This document shows, piece by piece, positions 39,371-50,465 of a stretch of 64,000 nucleotides of DNA; the first letter of the stretch is position 1; the number at the start of each line of letters is the position of its first letter. A model generated the notes under the pieces. That model was not told the origin of the DNA. It saw only the letters and a program-made list of their open reading frames with translations, and did not search any database. Position numbers and translations under genes: made by a program. The DNA lies in the sequence record PX421306.1; one strand, written 5' to 3'. The DNA is from a phage.

Positions 39371-40233
39371 TAGAATGCTCCTTGGAAAATATTATCACCA
39401 CTAGTAAATCTATTAAAATACCCTGCATCACCAGGCTTAGTATAACTCCACGTATGGAATGGATTCATATGATACGGGTGTGTATAATATGGATTATATT
39501 GATGTGTATAATATGGATTATACGGATTAAATCCAGGAGTTCTCCAGGTAGTGTTCCAACGAAAAGAATCGTTTTTAACCATCTTCTCAATTACATCTTT
39601 TATAGCTTTTTCACTATCAAAACTTTCTTTATTTTCCTTCGGTGAAAAAAGCTTATTTTCTACATCATTCCATGTATAAACTCGCTGCGCAGTTTTTGGA
39701 ATATTGTCACGCTCTCCTCGAGCCATCCAATAAACAGGAACATTTAATATTTCACTCGCGTGGTCACAGTGGTGAGCGAGATCGTCAATATAACAAATTA
39801 CGTTATATTTCTCTTTTGCCTTTTTAAACAACTCTTCTTTTGAAGAATCATGACCACACATCATTACTTCTGAGAAGGCACCAGGAAAAAGAGCATTCAA
39901 ATTAAATTGACGATTCAACAGAGCGTCAATAGAATCACCCAATGCTGTAACAGCTACAAAATTATAATCTTCTTTTAATTTGTTAATTACACACAGGGCA
40001 TCTTTATATGGAGACAAGTAACGAATAAAATCTGAACGATTGTATTTTTCAATTAACTTGACGCCAAGTTCTTCATCACAATTAAAGAGTTTACCTGGAG
40101 AAATAAATTTCTCATCTTGGATCATTTTTAAAATATGTTCTAACGGAAGATTATATTTCTGAGCAAAATAAGGAAGGCCTGATTGCCAGCTTAAACATAC
40201 TCCATCAATATCAGTCAAAATAGTTGGCTTCAT
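39370..40233 (-). CDS. HAD-superfamily phosphatase-like protein with Tyr/Pro/Asn-rich C-terminal tail (30.2 position)
   Basis: N-terminal HAD motif I 'DIDGV'; C-terminus has repeated 'YNPYYTH' units encoded by a DNA direct repeat. Confidence 0.65.
   Translation of the reverse strand: MKPTILTDIDGVCLSWQSGLPYFAQKYNLPLEHILKMIQDEKFISPGKLFNCDEELGVKLIEKYNRSDFIRYLSPYKDALCVINKLKEDYNFVAVTALGDSIDALLNRQFNLNALFPGAFSEVMMCGHDSSKEELFKKAKEKYNVICYIDDLAHHCDHASEILNVPVYWMARGERDNIPKTAQRVYTWNDVENKLFSPKENKESFDSEKAIKDVIEKMVKNDSFRWNTTWRTPGFNPYNPYYTHQYNPYYTHPYHMNPFHTWSYTKPGDAGYFNRFTSGDNIFQGAF
39480..39522. repeat. Direct repeat, 2 x 19 bp (GTGTATAATATGGATTATA) separated by 5 bp
   Basis: Two identical 19-mers at 39480-39498 and 39504-39522 inside the 3' part of the HAD-like gene. 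Confidence 0.85.
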
Positions 40234-40688
40234 AGAGAGTCTCTTAATAGGTTTAACACATCAATAAATTCAGCTTCGGTTAGTATTGTATCATCTTTTG
40301 TTAGACCACTAGCCATGCTGTGCTTCAAAACTTTTCCTTTCGAGGCTTGTAATGCATCACGAAAGCCCCTGTTTTGGATCGCTGCTTCAAAATATGCATT
40401 TGTGTATAATTCTTTCCACGCCGGGGAGTATCTTGAAAACGGAACTCCAAGCCAGAAGAGGGTCCCACGGTCCTGAGCTCTAGCATAAGACCTTCCAGCT
40501 TGTTGGGCGGCAAGCCCGGATAACCCAAATATACGTCTTTGCTGTTCAACATTTTTCACCTTACATCCTTGGAGGAATCCTTCGAGACCTCCAAATTGGA
40601 TACCATCCATAACGAAAGGCCATTGGGCGAAATTGCTTAATGCACATGATGGCCATCTAAAATTGCTTCTAATCTCTAATTCAGACAT
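40230..40688 (-). CDS. YbiA/NADAR-like (DUF1768-type) protein (30.3 position)
   Basis: 152 aa; 'LSNFAQWP...DG' resembles the E. coli YbiA 'FSNFAAWP...DG' signature, recalled from memory. Confidence 0.55.
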   Translation of the reverse strand: MSELEIRSNFRWPSCALSNFAQWPFVMDGIQFGGLEGFLQGCKVKNVEQQRRIFGLSGLAAQQAGRSYARAQDRGTLFWLGVPFSRYSPAWKELYTNAYFEAAIQNRGFRDALQASKGKVLKHSMASGLTKDDTILTEAEFIDVLNLLRDSL

Positions 40689-40896
40689 CTTTAATACTTA
40701 TAATTTCAACATCAGCCCAATAACCGTAACCCGGTAAACGGTCTTCAATAGATAATCTGCCATCATATTTAAGCATTTTAATTGTCATAATATATGGCTC
40801 TAAATGGTCTTCTGTGAGAGGAGAAACGTCAGTCACACGATAAGTAACTTCGACCATTTCCGTGCCCAGTAATTTCTGGATTAATTTCTTAAACAT
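40681..40896 (-). CDS. Hypothetical protein, 71 aa
   Basis: Small ORF overlapping neighbours by a few nt in the 30.x-like cluster. Confidence 0.55.
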   Translation of the reverse strand: MFKKLIQKLLGTEMVEVTYRVTDVSPLTEDHLEPYIMTIKMLKYDGRLSIEDRLPGYGYWADVEIISIKDV

Positions 40897-40900
40897 TTTA

Positions 40901-41188
40901 TTAAAATCTCATCTGAAAACCGTGTGATTTAACATTACCGCCGCCGATATCAGAAATGTTAATTTCACGCGCAATTGAAGGGTCAATATCAATTTCACGA
41001 TTGAGTTTAGTGATAGCTAAAGTATCACGCCCATTTACAGTACGGAACTCTAAAGGGCAGACTACATTAACGTAGTTTTTAATTGATTCACTGGTAGGTT
41101 GCAAATGAGCAGGAAGGTCTTTAGGTGCCTTAGAGAAAACCACTTCACAGAAATTTTTGCGGGTATCAAAATAAGTAGTCATAAACAT
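40901..41188 (-). CDS. Hypothetical protein, 95 aa
   Basis: ATG preceded by a GAGGAAAA ribosome-binding site; no recognisable motif. Confidence 0.55.
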   Translation of the reverse strand: MFMTTYFDTRKNFCEVVFSKAPKDLPAHLQPTSESIKNYVNVVCPLEFRTVNGRDTLAITKLNREIDIDPSIAREINISDIGGGNVKSHGFQMRF

Positions 41189-41205
41189 AGTATTTTCCTC
41201 AGTAA

Positions 41206-41219
41206 GGGGCCGAAGCCCC
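41206..41219. other. Intercistronic GC hairpin (GGGGC-CGAA-GCCCC)
   Basis: Perfect 5-bp GC stem with tetraloop between two minus-strand ORFs; T-run on the plus side only. Confidence 0.35.
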
Positions 41220-41229
41220 TCATTTTATT

Positions 41230-41595
41230 TTAAATATCAAATTCGTTAAGAACTACATCAAAGATCGCTTCAAGATGCTCAGGTTTAGCTCTGTTACTCA
41301 GAATATGACGAATCCAAGTTTTAACCAGAAGCTTACGATTGACGCCATTCCAGCAAGGATGAGTACCTAAATCGCGTTGACGGAAATCATCATCTAATGC
41401 GATTTTAAAAGAAGAACCTTCTTTCGTGATTGAAACCGTGATGCCATTTTCAAATCGCATATAAACGTAGTTAGGAGTCATATACTGTTCAATTTCGCAT
41501 ACTGATCCATTTTGATGTTTCCAAAGGCAGATAGTATCAATAGAACCTGCAATACCATTAGAAACATATTTACGTTCAAAGTTGATGTAGTTCAT
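41230..41595 (-). CDS. Hypothetical protein, 121 aa
   Basis: ORF in the 30.x-like accessory cluster. Confidence 0.55.
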   Translation of the reverse strand: MNYINFERKYVSNGIAGSIDTICLWKHQNGSVCEIEQYMTPNYVYMRFENGITVSITKEGSSFKIALDDDFRQRDLGTHPCWNGVNRKLLVKTWIRHILSNRAKPEHLEAIFDVVLNEFDI

Positions 41596-41663
41596 TTTTA
41601 TTCTCCGAGATGTTTAATTGCGGTACAGGTATATAATATCATATCCTGTACCAAAGTAAACAA

Positions 41664-41996
41664 TTATTTTACTACTTTCCAATGTTGCATGTCAAGTTTA
41701 CCAACTTTTTTCATCTTCTCAATTAAGCGTTCGGCACGTTGGCGGGCTGTAACATAATACCATTCACCCAATTCATTTTGTTCAATTTTTCCAACGATTA
41801 CTGTATTCAATTCATAAATCCAACCAGTAAAGAAATTATGAACTTGGATTGTAAAGGTGAAATCTGTTCCCATACCTTCTGTTGTTTCTACTTCAATAAT
41901 ATCACCTTCAACTGCCATTAAGAACCACATAGTTTCATCATATTTACCATTGAAGCATTTAGTTTTAACTGTAGCGTTCAGATTAATCGTTTTCAT
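41664..41996 (-). CDS. Hypothetical protein, 110 aa
   Basis: ORF with a sigma70-like promoter candidate upstream (TTTACA, 17 nt, TAGTAT on the minus strand). Confidence 0.55.
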   Translation of the reverse strand: MKTINLNATVKTKCFNGKYDETMWFLMAVEGDIIEVETTEGMGTDFTFTIQVHNFFTGWIYELNTVIVGKIEQNELGEWYYVTARQRAERLIEKMKKVGKLDMQHWKVVK

Positions 41997-42083
41997 TTTA
42001 TTCTCCTTTGTTTGTGTAAGATAATACTATCACAAAGGAGCCATACTGTAAACAACTTTATGCAATCTTTGGAAAATAAAAAA

Positions 42084-42101
42084 GGACTCCCGAAGGAGTC
42101 C
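42084..42101 (-). terminator. Rho-independent terminator (GGACTCC-TTCG-GGAGTCC then T-run on minus strand)
   Basis: 7-bp stem with tetraloop followed on the minus strand by TTTTTTATTTT, directly after the small basic ORF. Confidence 0.75.
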
Positions 42102-42106
42102 TCAAC

Positions 42107-42283
42107 TTATGCTTTCTGCTTACCAAAACGAGAAGCATCATCTCGAAGAACCGCACGTGCTCGGCGCATGATCTTCTCAACAGTTTGATTGATACGAGAG
42201 TTCGACCCACGCTTGTAACCAGCGCGTTTAGAATCACCAACTTTCTTTTCAACTGCTTTCTTTGCTTTAGCTTGTTTTGCCAT
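42107..42283 (-). CDS. Small basic protein, 58 aa (30.9 position)
   Basis: ATG at 42283 begins MAKQAKAKK; Lys/Arg-rich; the longer track ORF from 42325 has no better ribosome-binding site. Confidence 0.5.
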   Translation of the reverse strand: MAKQAKAKKAVEKKVGDSKRAGYKRGSNSRINQTVEKIMRRARAVLRDDASRFGKQKA

Positions 42284-42477
42284 TATAAATTCTCTTTTAA
42301 ATGAAAATGCAGGACTTATTGGCATTGCCTGCGCAAGCCCTCAAGGGGAACATAGGTTTTATATATTTACCGACAGGATAACCATAAACCTCGTCAACAT
42401 TCAAGAGGTACACCGTAAAACAAAGTTCGACGGCTCCTCGTTTTAACTTCACACTAAGGCAGTGACTCTCCAATAAA

Positions 42478-42726
42478 TTACTTCAGTGTTACCACAAAGT
42501 GACGAACTGCTTTTCGTGCGGCAGAAGCCAGAGGCTTAGCATATTTAAGTTCATCTTTTTCCTGAAGCTCAGCAGCTAATGCAGTTTGAGCAGGATTCAG
42601 ATGTTTGAAATAACGCAGGATTTCAAGTGCTTCGGCTTCAACATCAATAGATGCGCCATAGTTTTCGTGACCATTATTCCATGCGTTTCGTTGCAGTTCA
42701 AGAGCGTGTTGTAATTGTTTAATCAT
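42478..42726 (-). CDS. rIII: Lysis inhibition accessory protein rIII
   Basis: 82 aa, the T4 rIII length; position between the 30.x cluster and gene 31. Confidence 0.75.
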   Translation of the reverse strand: MIKQLQHALELQRNAWNNGHENYGASIDVEAEALEILRYFKHLNPAQTALAAELQEKDELKYAKPLASAARKAVRHFVVTLK

Positions 42727-42865
42727 TTAAAAATTCTCGTTAGAGATTAAAACTCGGTAGTCACGTTCTTCTGAATTTCATCTTCTTTCGACAGATCTCT
42801 CAGTTGTAGACTACCACATAGAATTGTTCGGTTAACTTATTATTCCGACACCCAATTCATATTAT

Positions 42866-42873
42866 TATTTATA
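42866..42873 (-). promoter_or_regulatory. Late promoter box TATAAATA (minus strand) downstream of gene 31
   Basis: Exact minus-strand TATAAATA just after the gene 31 stop, about 140 nt upstream of rIII. Confidence 0.3.
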
Positions 42874-43209
42874 TCACTTATAAAGACACGGAATAGCTTT
42901 ATAGTGACAGGTAACGAATTTTTGTTTAATTTCTTTTGGCTGCTTAAGACCCAGAGCTACAAAAGGATGAGGAACGTTTCGAATTTGACCAACTGGAAGA
43001 GAAGTCAAATCACCAACTTCGCAGAAACCTTCAGGAACATCAGGACCAACAGAGTGAACTACACACAGTTCAGGAACTTCACCTTGGACACGTTTACCGA
43101 TAATAAGTCCTGATTCTGTAACTTCTTCATCACCAGCTTGTGCAGGTTCAGAAACTAAAATAACATATTCACCGACAGCACGAATTGGTAGCTGTTGTAC
43201 TTCAAACAT
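42874..43209 (-). CDS. 31: Co-chaperonin gp31 (GroES analogue)
   Basis: 111 aa, the T4 gp31 length; synteny rIII-31-cd. Confidence 0.9.
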
Positions 43210-43239
43210 CGTTTTTCCTTTTTGTTAACAGATGAATTA

Positions 43240-43264
43240 ATAATAACAAATAATTCTTAAAGCA
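43240..43264 (-). promoter_or_regulatory. Candidate MotA-dependent middle promoter for gene 31
   Basis: Minus strand has MotA-box-like AATGCTTTA, a 12-nt spacer, then TATTAT, about 30-55 nt upstream of the gene 31 ATG. Confidence 0.4.
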
Positions 43265-43265
43265 T

Positions 43266-43574
43266 TTATTTACCAATAAATTGAAGCAAATGCTCAACTT
43301 TCATACCATTAACGGAAATCAATTTGTCAATAGAAAAACCTCGCCATGCACCAAGCTCAACATCAAATACTGGAATCATATCAGTAGATTCTTTCCGAGT
43401 AGATTCAGTCAATTTACCGGTTTGCATGGTTGGCATAAAGTCTGCATCACGAGTACCTTTCATAGTACGAATAGTACCATCAGACTTTTCAAAAACCACG
43501 TTTGAAATACCCATGGACAATTTAGTTTTCAAAATTTCACGAATTGCTACTTTCTGTTCAGTTGTCAGTTTCAT
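43266..43574 (-). CDS. Hypothetical protein (31.1 position)
   Basis: 102-aa ORF. Confidence 0.6.
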   Translation of the reverse strand: MKLTTEQKVAIREILKTKLSMGISNVVFEKSDGTIRTMKGTRDADFMPTMQTGKLTESTRKESTDMIPVFDVELGAWRGFSIDKLISVNGMKVEHLLQFIGK

Positions 43575-43811
43575 TTATTTACCTATTACAGTTTTAATAT
43601 GGGTTGTTCCACGTTCTTTAAGAGTGGAAAGCAATTTTTGGCATTTTTCTAAATCAGATTTCCAACTATACGGCCTATCAATACAAACCCATTCTGACTT
43701 ATAATACTGTTTCCATTTAGAGAAAAAATACTTCTTATACTCTACAGCAAATGAAATGTTCTCGTTAGAATAAGAACTAATTGCTGTGAGCTGTACCAAA
43801 CGAAATTTCAT
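43575..43811 (-). CDS. Hypothetical protein (31.2 position)
   Basis: 78-aa ORF coupled to the cd stop. Confidence 0.6.
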   Translation of the reverse strand: MKFRLVQLTAISSYSNENISFAVEYKKYFFSKWKQYYKSEWVCIDRPYSWKSDLEKCQKLLSTLKERGTTHIKTVIGK

Positions 43812-44392
43812 TATTCACCACAGAATTCGTTGATATTTTCCCAGTTTAACTTATTCAAGTTTTTCTTAGGAACATTAAACACTTCAATACCTGCATTTCG
43901 CAGAATATCATCCCAGCCAGGTTTATTCTTATCGTATGTTTCGCAATAAACCAGCTTTTTAATACCAGATTGAGCTATCGCTTTTGCACAATCTGGGCAA
44001 GGAGAAAGTGTTACATACATAGTAGCACCTTCAATTGAAGAACCATTTCGCGCAGCAAACAAAATCGCATTTAGTTCAGCATGAATTTCATTTTTAGACG
44101 ACCACTCAGAGTGAGCACTACGATGTTCTTTCGCCAAGACAAAACGATCAGTTGAACCAAATGATACACATTCAGGCTTATGACCTTGAATGATAGTATG
44201 TTTAGGCTTATTTAGCAACCAACCTTGCTCAACAGCATAATCGCAGCAATTCACACCACCTGCAGGTGAACCATTATATCCGGTAGAAATAATACGTCCA
44301 TTCTTTTCAATTACCGCTCCTACCTTCCAGGAGCAACATTTTGATTCTTGTGATACTAAATATGCAATTTGAAGTACTGTACTCGCTTTCAT
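43811..44392 (-). CDS. cd: dCMP deaminase
   Basis: 193 aa, the T4 Cd length; zinc-binding deaminase motifs 'HAE' and 'PCPDC'. Confidence 0.9.
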   Translation of the reverse strand: MKASTVLQIAYLVSQESKCCSWKVGAVIEKNGRIISTGYNGSPAGGVNCCDYAVEQGWLLNKPKHTIIQGHKPECVSFGSTDRFVLAKEHRSAHSEWSSKNEIHAELNAILFAARNGSSIEGATMYVTLSPCPDCAKAIAQSGIKKLVYCETYDKNKPGWDDILRNAGIEVFNVPKKNLNKLNWENINEFCGE

Positions 44393-44727
44393 TTCATAAT
44401 CACCAGATAAGCAGATTTAGCAGTTTCAACACGATAAATTTCGTGACGAAGTTTAGTTATACTTTTAATAACAGAACTAATTATATTCTGCCCGTCTTTA
44501 AAGCGGTTTTTCTTATCAATAAAAATTGCGCCAACCATCTTTTTGTGAAGCTCAACTGGATACTTCGTCACAATAATAGCATCATACACAGAAGGATGAA
44601 TACTGTTCACCAGAGTATCATTCATTAAAGTTATTCTAATGAACTGTGCTGTTTCAGAGTCAAGCGCTCTATGATCGCCAGTATCATTTTCAAGACAATT
44701 ATCAATTATATCAGTTAAATTCATCAT
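44389..44727 (-). CDS. Hypothetical protein, 112 aa (cd.1 position)
   Basis: ORF coupled to the cd start (4-nt overlap). Confidence 0.6.
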   Translation of the reverse strand: MMNLTDIIDNCLENDTGDHRALDSETAQFIRITLMNDTLVNSIHPSVYDAIIVTKYPVELHKKMVGAIFIDKKNRFKDGQNIISSVIKSITKLRHEIYRVETAKSAYLVIMK

Positions 44728-44960
44728 AGTACGCCATACACCCTTTGTGCTTCAACTAATCCATCAAAATCCAATTTGAGATGTGTTATTTGGTCACCAT
44801 CACCTGGATTCACAATTACTAATACTGAACGAGGAGTTTCGGTAATAACACGAACCGATGTTTCAGGAAATCGTTCAGAAACCTTATTTACCAATTCCTG
44901 AGCAAATAGTTTAACTTTTTCTTGGAATTCTTTAGTAGTAATTGGTTTTTCACTTAGCAT
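44724..44960 (-). CDS. Hypothetical protein, 78 aa
   Basis: ORF with 4-nt overlap to its neighbour. Confidence 0.6.
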   Translation of the reverse strand: MLSEKPITTKEFQEKVKLFAQELVNKVSERFPETSVRVITETPRSVLVIVNPGDGDQITHLKLDFDGLVEAQRVYGVL

Positions 44961-45481
44961 GTTGATCCCAGCTCCTTACTTTCAACGTTTTTAACTAATT
45001 TGACAGAAACTAATTCGGCATCTTGGGTAATCATTACCGGGCCTTCTTCATACTCTTCAAGATATTCTAGAGCTTTCTTTTTAGCTTCTTCCTTCGTATC
45101 AGTTTGAGCATAGATATAAAACATACAACCAGTAATACCTACTACTTTCCACTTAATTTCTTTATCAGTTTTAATTTCAAATTTACTTGTAGAATCATCT
45201 TTTTGAACTTCTTCGAAAAAAGAATATTCTAACATATAAGCAATTGAAAATAACGGGCTAACTTTATAGGATTCGCCCATTACATCAACAGCTTTATACC
45301 AGCAATCATCAATTTCACGTTTAATGCTAATAACATTTTTCGCAGGATCTATTTTTACTTTAAATGAATTTTCCCCAATAAACTGGGCAATTCGTTTATT
45401 AGCCCCGCAGGTTTCATTAAAAATATCTTTATACCCAGCTTTAAAGCGATAAACCTTATCTTCTTCAAACCATTCGCTCAT
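44954..45481 (-). CDS. Hypothetical protein, 175 aa
   Basis: ORF; no recognisable motif. Confidence 0.6.
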   Translation of the reverse strand: MSEWFEEDKVYRFKAGYKDIFNETCGANKRIAQFIGENSFKVKIDPAKNVISIKREIDDCWYKAVDVMGESYKVSPLFSIAYMLEYSFFEEVQKDDSTSKFEIKTDKEIKWKVVGITGCMFYIYAQTDTKEEAKKKALEYLEEYEEGPVMITQDAELVSVKLVKNVESKELGSTC

Positions 45482-45543
45482 TTCAATTTCCTCATTTGTT
45501 TTGGTAGAGCTATAATATCACAACTCTACCTTAAAGTAAACTA

Positions 45544-45819
45544 TTAAATTGCTTTGAATTCTGATGTCTGTGATTCAAAGCGAATATCGCCTTTGATGAC
45601 TAGCTCAGCATCAAAACCGAATACGACAATGATATGCGCGGAACCTGGATACAGCGTAATTGCAATAGAATCCACTTGGTCTGGAAGCAAAGCGTTCAAT
45701 ACATGAGTCACCTGAGCATGAATTCGAAGCTCAGCTGCGTTATCAAGCTTTTCAAACATATTATTAGCAATAATTTGGCTAAACACTACTTCTACGATTT
45801 TAGAATAAGTCGGAAACAT
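45544..45819 (-). CDS. Hypothetical protein, 91 aa
   Basis: ORF. Confidence 0.55.
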   Translation of the reverse strand: MFPTYSKIVEVVFSQIIANNMFEKLDNAAELRIHAQVTHVLNALLPDQVDSIAITLYPGSAHIIVVFGFDAELVIKGDIRFESQTSEFKAI

Positions 45820-45821
45820 AT

Positions 45822-46014
45822 TTACCTCACATAATTTTCTTCAAGCCAATCAATAACATCCAACGCATTATCAAAAGTTGAACCATCTACTTTGTCTTCT
45901 GTTTCATAATCAAGAACATCTAAGCCTACTCTTCCATCAACAATAGGCCATAAACAAAATAGATATTTCTTTTCTTTTTCAATTTTATCACAAAGCCGAT
46001 AAATCTTTTCTATG

Positions 46015-46022
<8 letters not shown>
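45822..46022 (-). CDS. Hypothetical protein, 66 aa
   Basis: ORF. Confidence 0.5.
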
Positions 46023-47415
<1,393 letters not shown>

Positions 47416-47419
<4 letters not shown>

Positions 47420-47652
47420 TTATTTTTCTCAACTAATGATTGAATATAATCATGCAGGTCTTTAGATGCTTTACCCCACTTATTTTGATATTCATTTTTA
47501 AGATTAGCACGTGATTGAGCTAATAAAACATCATTGGTTGGAGGTAAAGATTCTAATCGTTGAATCTGGCGTCCATAAATCATTGCAGCCATCTCGGATT
47601 CATAAATCAATCCTTTGAGATGTTCAAATTGATGCCATGAAATCATTTGCAT
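47416..47652 (-). CDS. Hypothetical protein, 78 aa
   Basis: ORF with 4-nt overlap to its neighbour. Confidence 0.55.
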
Positions 47653-47942
47653 TTATCCTCTTTTAACTCTTGGCGATAATAACATATCATAGTTTTTTGG
47701 TCATGTACATATCGTTTTACATCATTAAGCCAAATACGAAATTCCTGGGAATCTTCGAATGGCATACCGACCCAAGCTTTACCATCAATAACTTTAACTT
47801 GCCAGGATAGTTTAGCTTCATCATATGACTTTATCTGCACAGGCCAATTAGGATGAACTGTTTCTTTCTTTACTTCTAGAGGCTTTGTCGAACAACCAAC
47901 TAGAAGACCAATAGATAATATTACTGCTGATAGTTTAATCAT
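47643..47942 (-). CDS. Outer-membrane spanin-like lipoprotein
   Basis: 99 aa; signal peptide with lipobox 'LLVGC'; directly downstream of the inner-membrane partner. Confidence 0.6.
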   Translation of the reverse strand: MIKLSAVILSIGLLVGCSTKPLEVKKETVHPNWPVQIKSYDEAKLSWQVKVIDGKAWVGMPFEDSQEFRIWLNDVKRYVHDQKTMICYYRQELKEDKCK

Positions 47943-48292
47943 TTAGAAAGGTCCTGGATGTCTTCTGCGAACTTGTTGAAGGAGTTGTTGATTTGTTTTT
48001 CAACCAATCCTGGCTTATGAGCCACCACATCCGCCTTCTTTGCGTCTTTGCGCAGTTTTTCATTTTCACGCTCAATAGCAGCAATTGCCTCACGATTTTT
48101 ATTATTCATCGCATCAATATAATTATACTGAATTCGCAAATTATCTAATGCTAAAGCGTTTTCATTGGCCGTTTTTGTAATTTCTACAACAGACGTTTCT
48201 AATCTTTCAATTTTACTTTTTAAAATTAAAGAAGTTCCGCCCAATGCAATTACAATTAATAGCAAGCCTGCTGTCGTATTATTTAATTGCAT
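47939..48292 (-). CDS. Inner-membrane spanin-like protein
   Basis: 117 aa; N-terminal transmembrane helix 'AGLLLIVIALGG' followed by a predicted coiled coil. Confidence 0.6.
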   Translation of the reverse strand: MQLNNTTAGLLLIVIALGGTSLILKSKIERLETSVVEITKTANENALALDNLRIQYNYIDAMNNKNREAIAAIERENEKLRKDAKKADVVAHKPGLVEKQINNSFNKFAEDIQDLSK

Positions 48293-48786
48293 AAAGTTTT
48301 AATAACCTCTATAATATCGTCTTGAGAAAGACCGTTAATTAAAATATGATGTTCAGCAGGAGATTTAGAAATTTTAAAGCATGCCTCAACATCTTCTGCC
48401 ATATCTGATGCGCTACGATTTGGATTACTAATTCCAAGACGATGTTTTCCCGTTAAAGGATTAACGATGATATAACATTTACAGTTGTTAATATGAACAT
48501 TAGGTTGAGTCTGATTAATGAACACATCACAATCATATTTCGCAAGCTGATTTTCTAAAAAGACTTTCATCTCCTCAACTGCGTCAGGAAGCATATCACG
48601 GGCTTGCTCAAGACGACGATTTCGATATTCTTTAATGGTCGTTTTCCGCTTGACTTGCTTAGCTAAATCTTTCTTAAGATCGGTGATATATCCAACTCGA
48701 CGATTTCCTTTAAATACAGAAATCCCATCTGTAGTATCACCGTATGCTTCAACGACCATCTCAGTAGTAATAAGCTGCAAATCCAT
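48283..48786 (-). CDS. alc: Alc (host transcription elongation inhibitor)
   Basis: ATG at 48786 gives 167 aa, the T4 Alc length; position between pseT and rnlA. Confidence 0.75.
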   Translation of the reverse strand: MDLQLITTEMVVEAYGDTTDGISVFKGNRRVGYITDLKKDLAKQVKRKTTIKEYRNRRLEQARDMLPDAVEEMKVFLENQLAKYDCDVFINQTQPNVHINNCKCYIIVNPLTGKHRLGISNPNRSASDMAEDVEACFKISKSPAEHHILINGLSQDDIIEVIKTLCN

Positions 48787-48850
48787 CATAAAGTCCTCAT
48801 GTTATGTCAGTAAGACTACTGTAACACATCACGAGGGACTTGTAAACAGC

Positions 48851-50438
<1,588 letters not shown>

Positions 50439-50446
50439 AATAAAAT

Positions 50447-50460
50447 GGGCCTTGCGGCCC
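50447..50460 (-). terminator. Hairpin GGGCC-GCAA-GGCCC after nrdB, immediately before the denA ATG
   Basis: 5-bp GC stem with GNRA loop plus ATTTTATT on the minus strand, lying between the nrdB stop/GGAG and the denA start codon. Confidence 0.55.
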
Positions 50461-50465
50461 ACTCC

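Noticed and set aside
39480-39522. Possible CRISPR-like or regulatory repeat
   Set aside because: Only two copies, inside coding sequence, and they encode a repeated peptide motif; no spacer-repeat array exists anywhere in the window.
39104-39827. Three plus-strand ORFs (39104..39373, 39382..39645, 39642..39827)
   Set aside because: They are antisense to the 30.1-like and HAD-like genes, hydrophobic and low-complexity, with no start context.
42058-42252. 64-aa ORF overlapping the small basic protein gene in another frame
   Set aside because: Alternative frame of the same locus; the frame starting MAKQAKAKK has the better ribosome-binding site and sensible composition.
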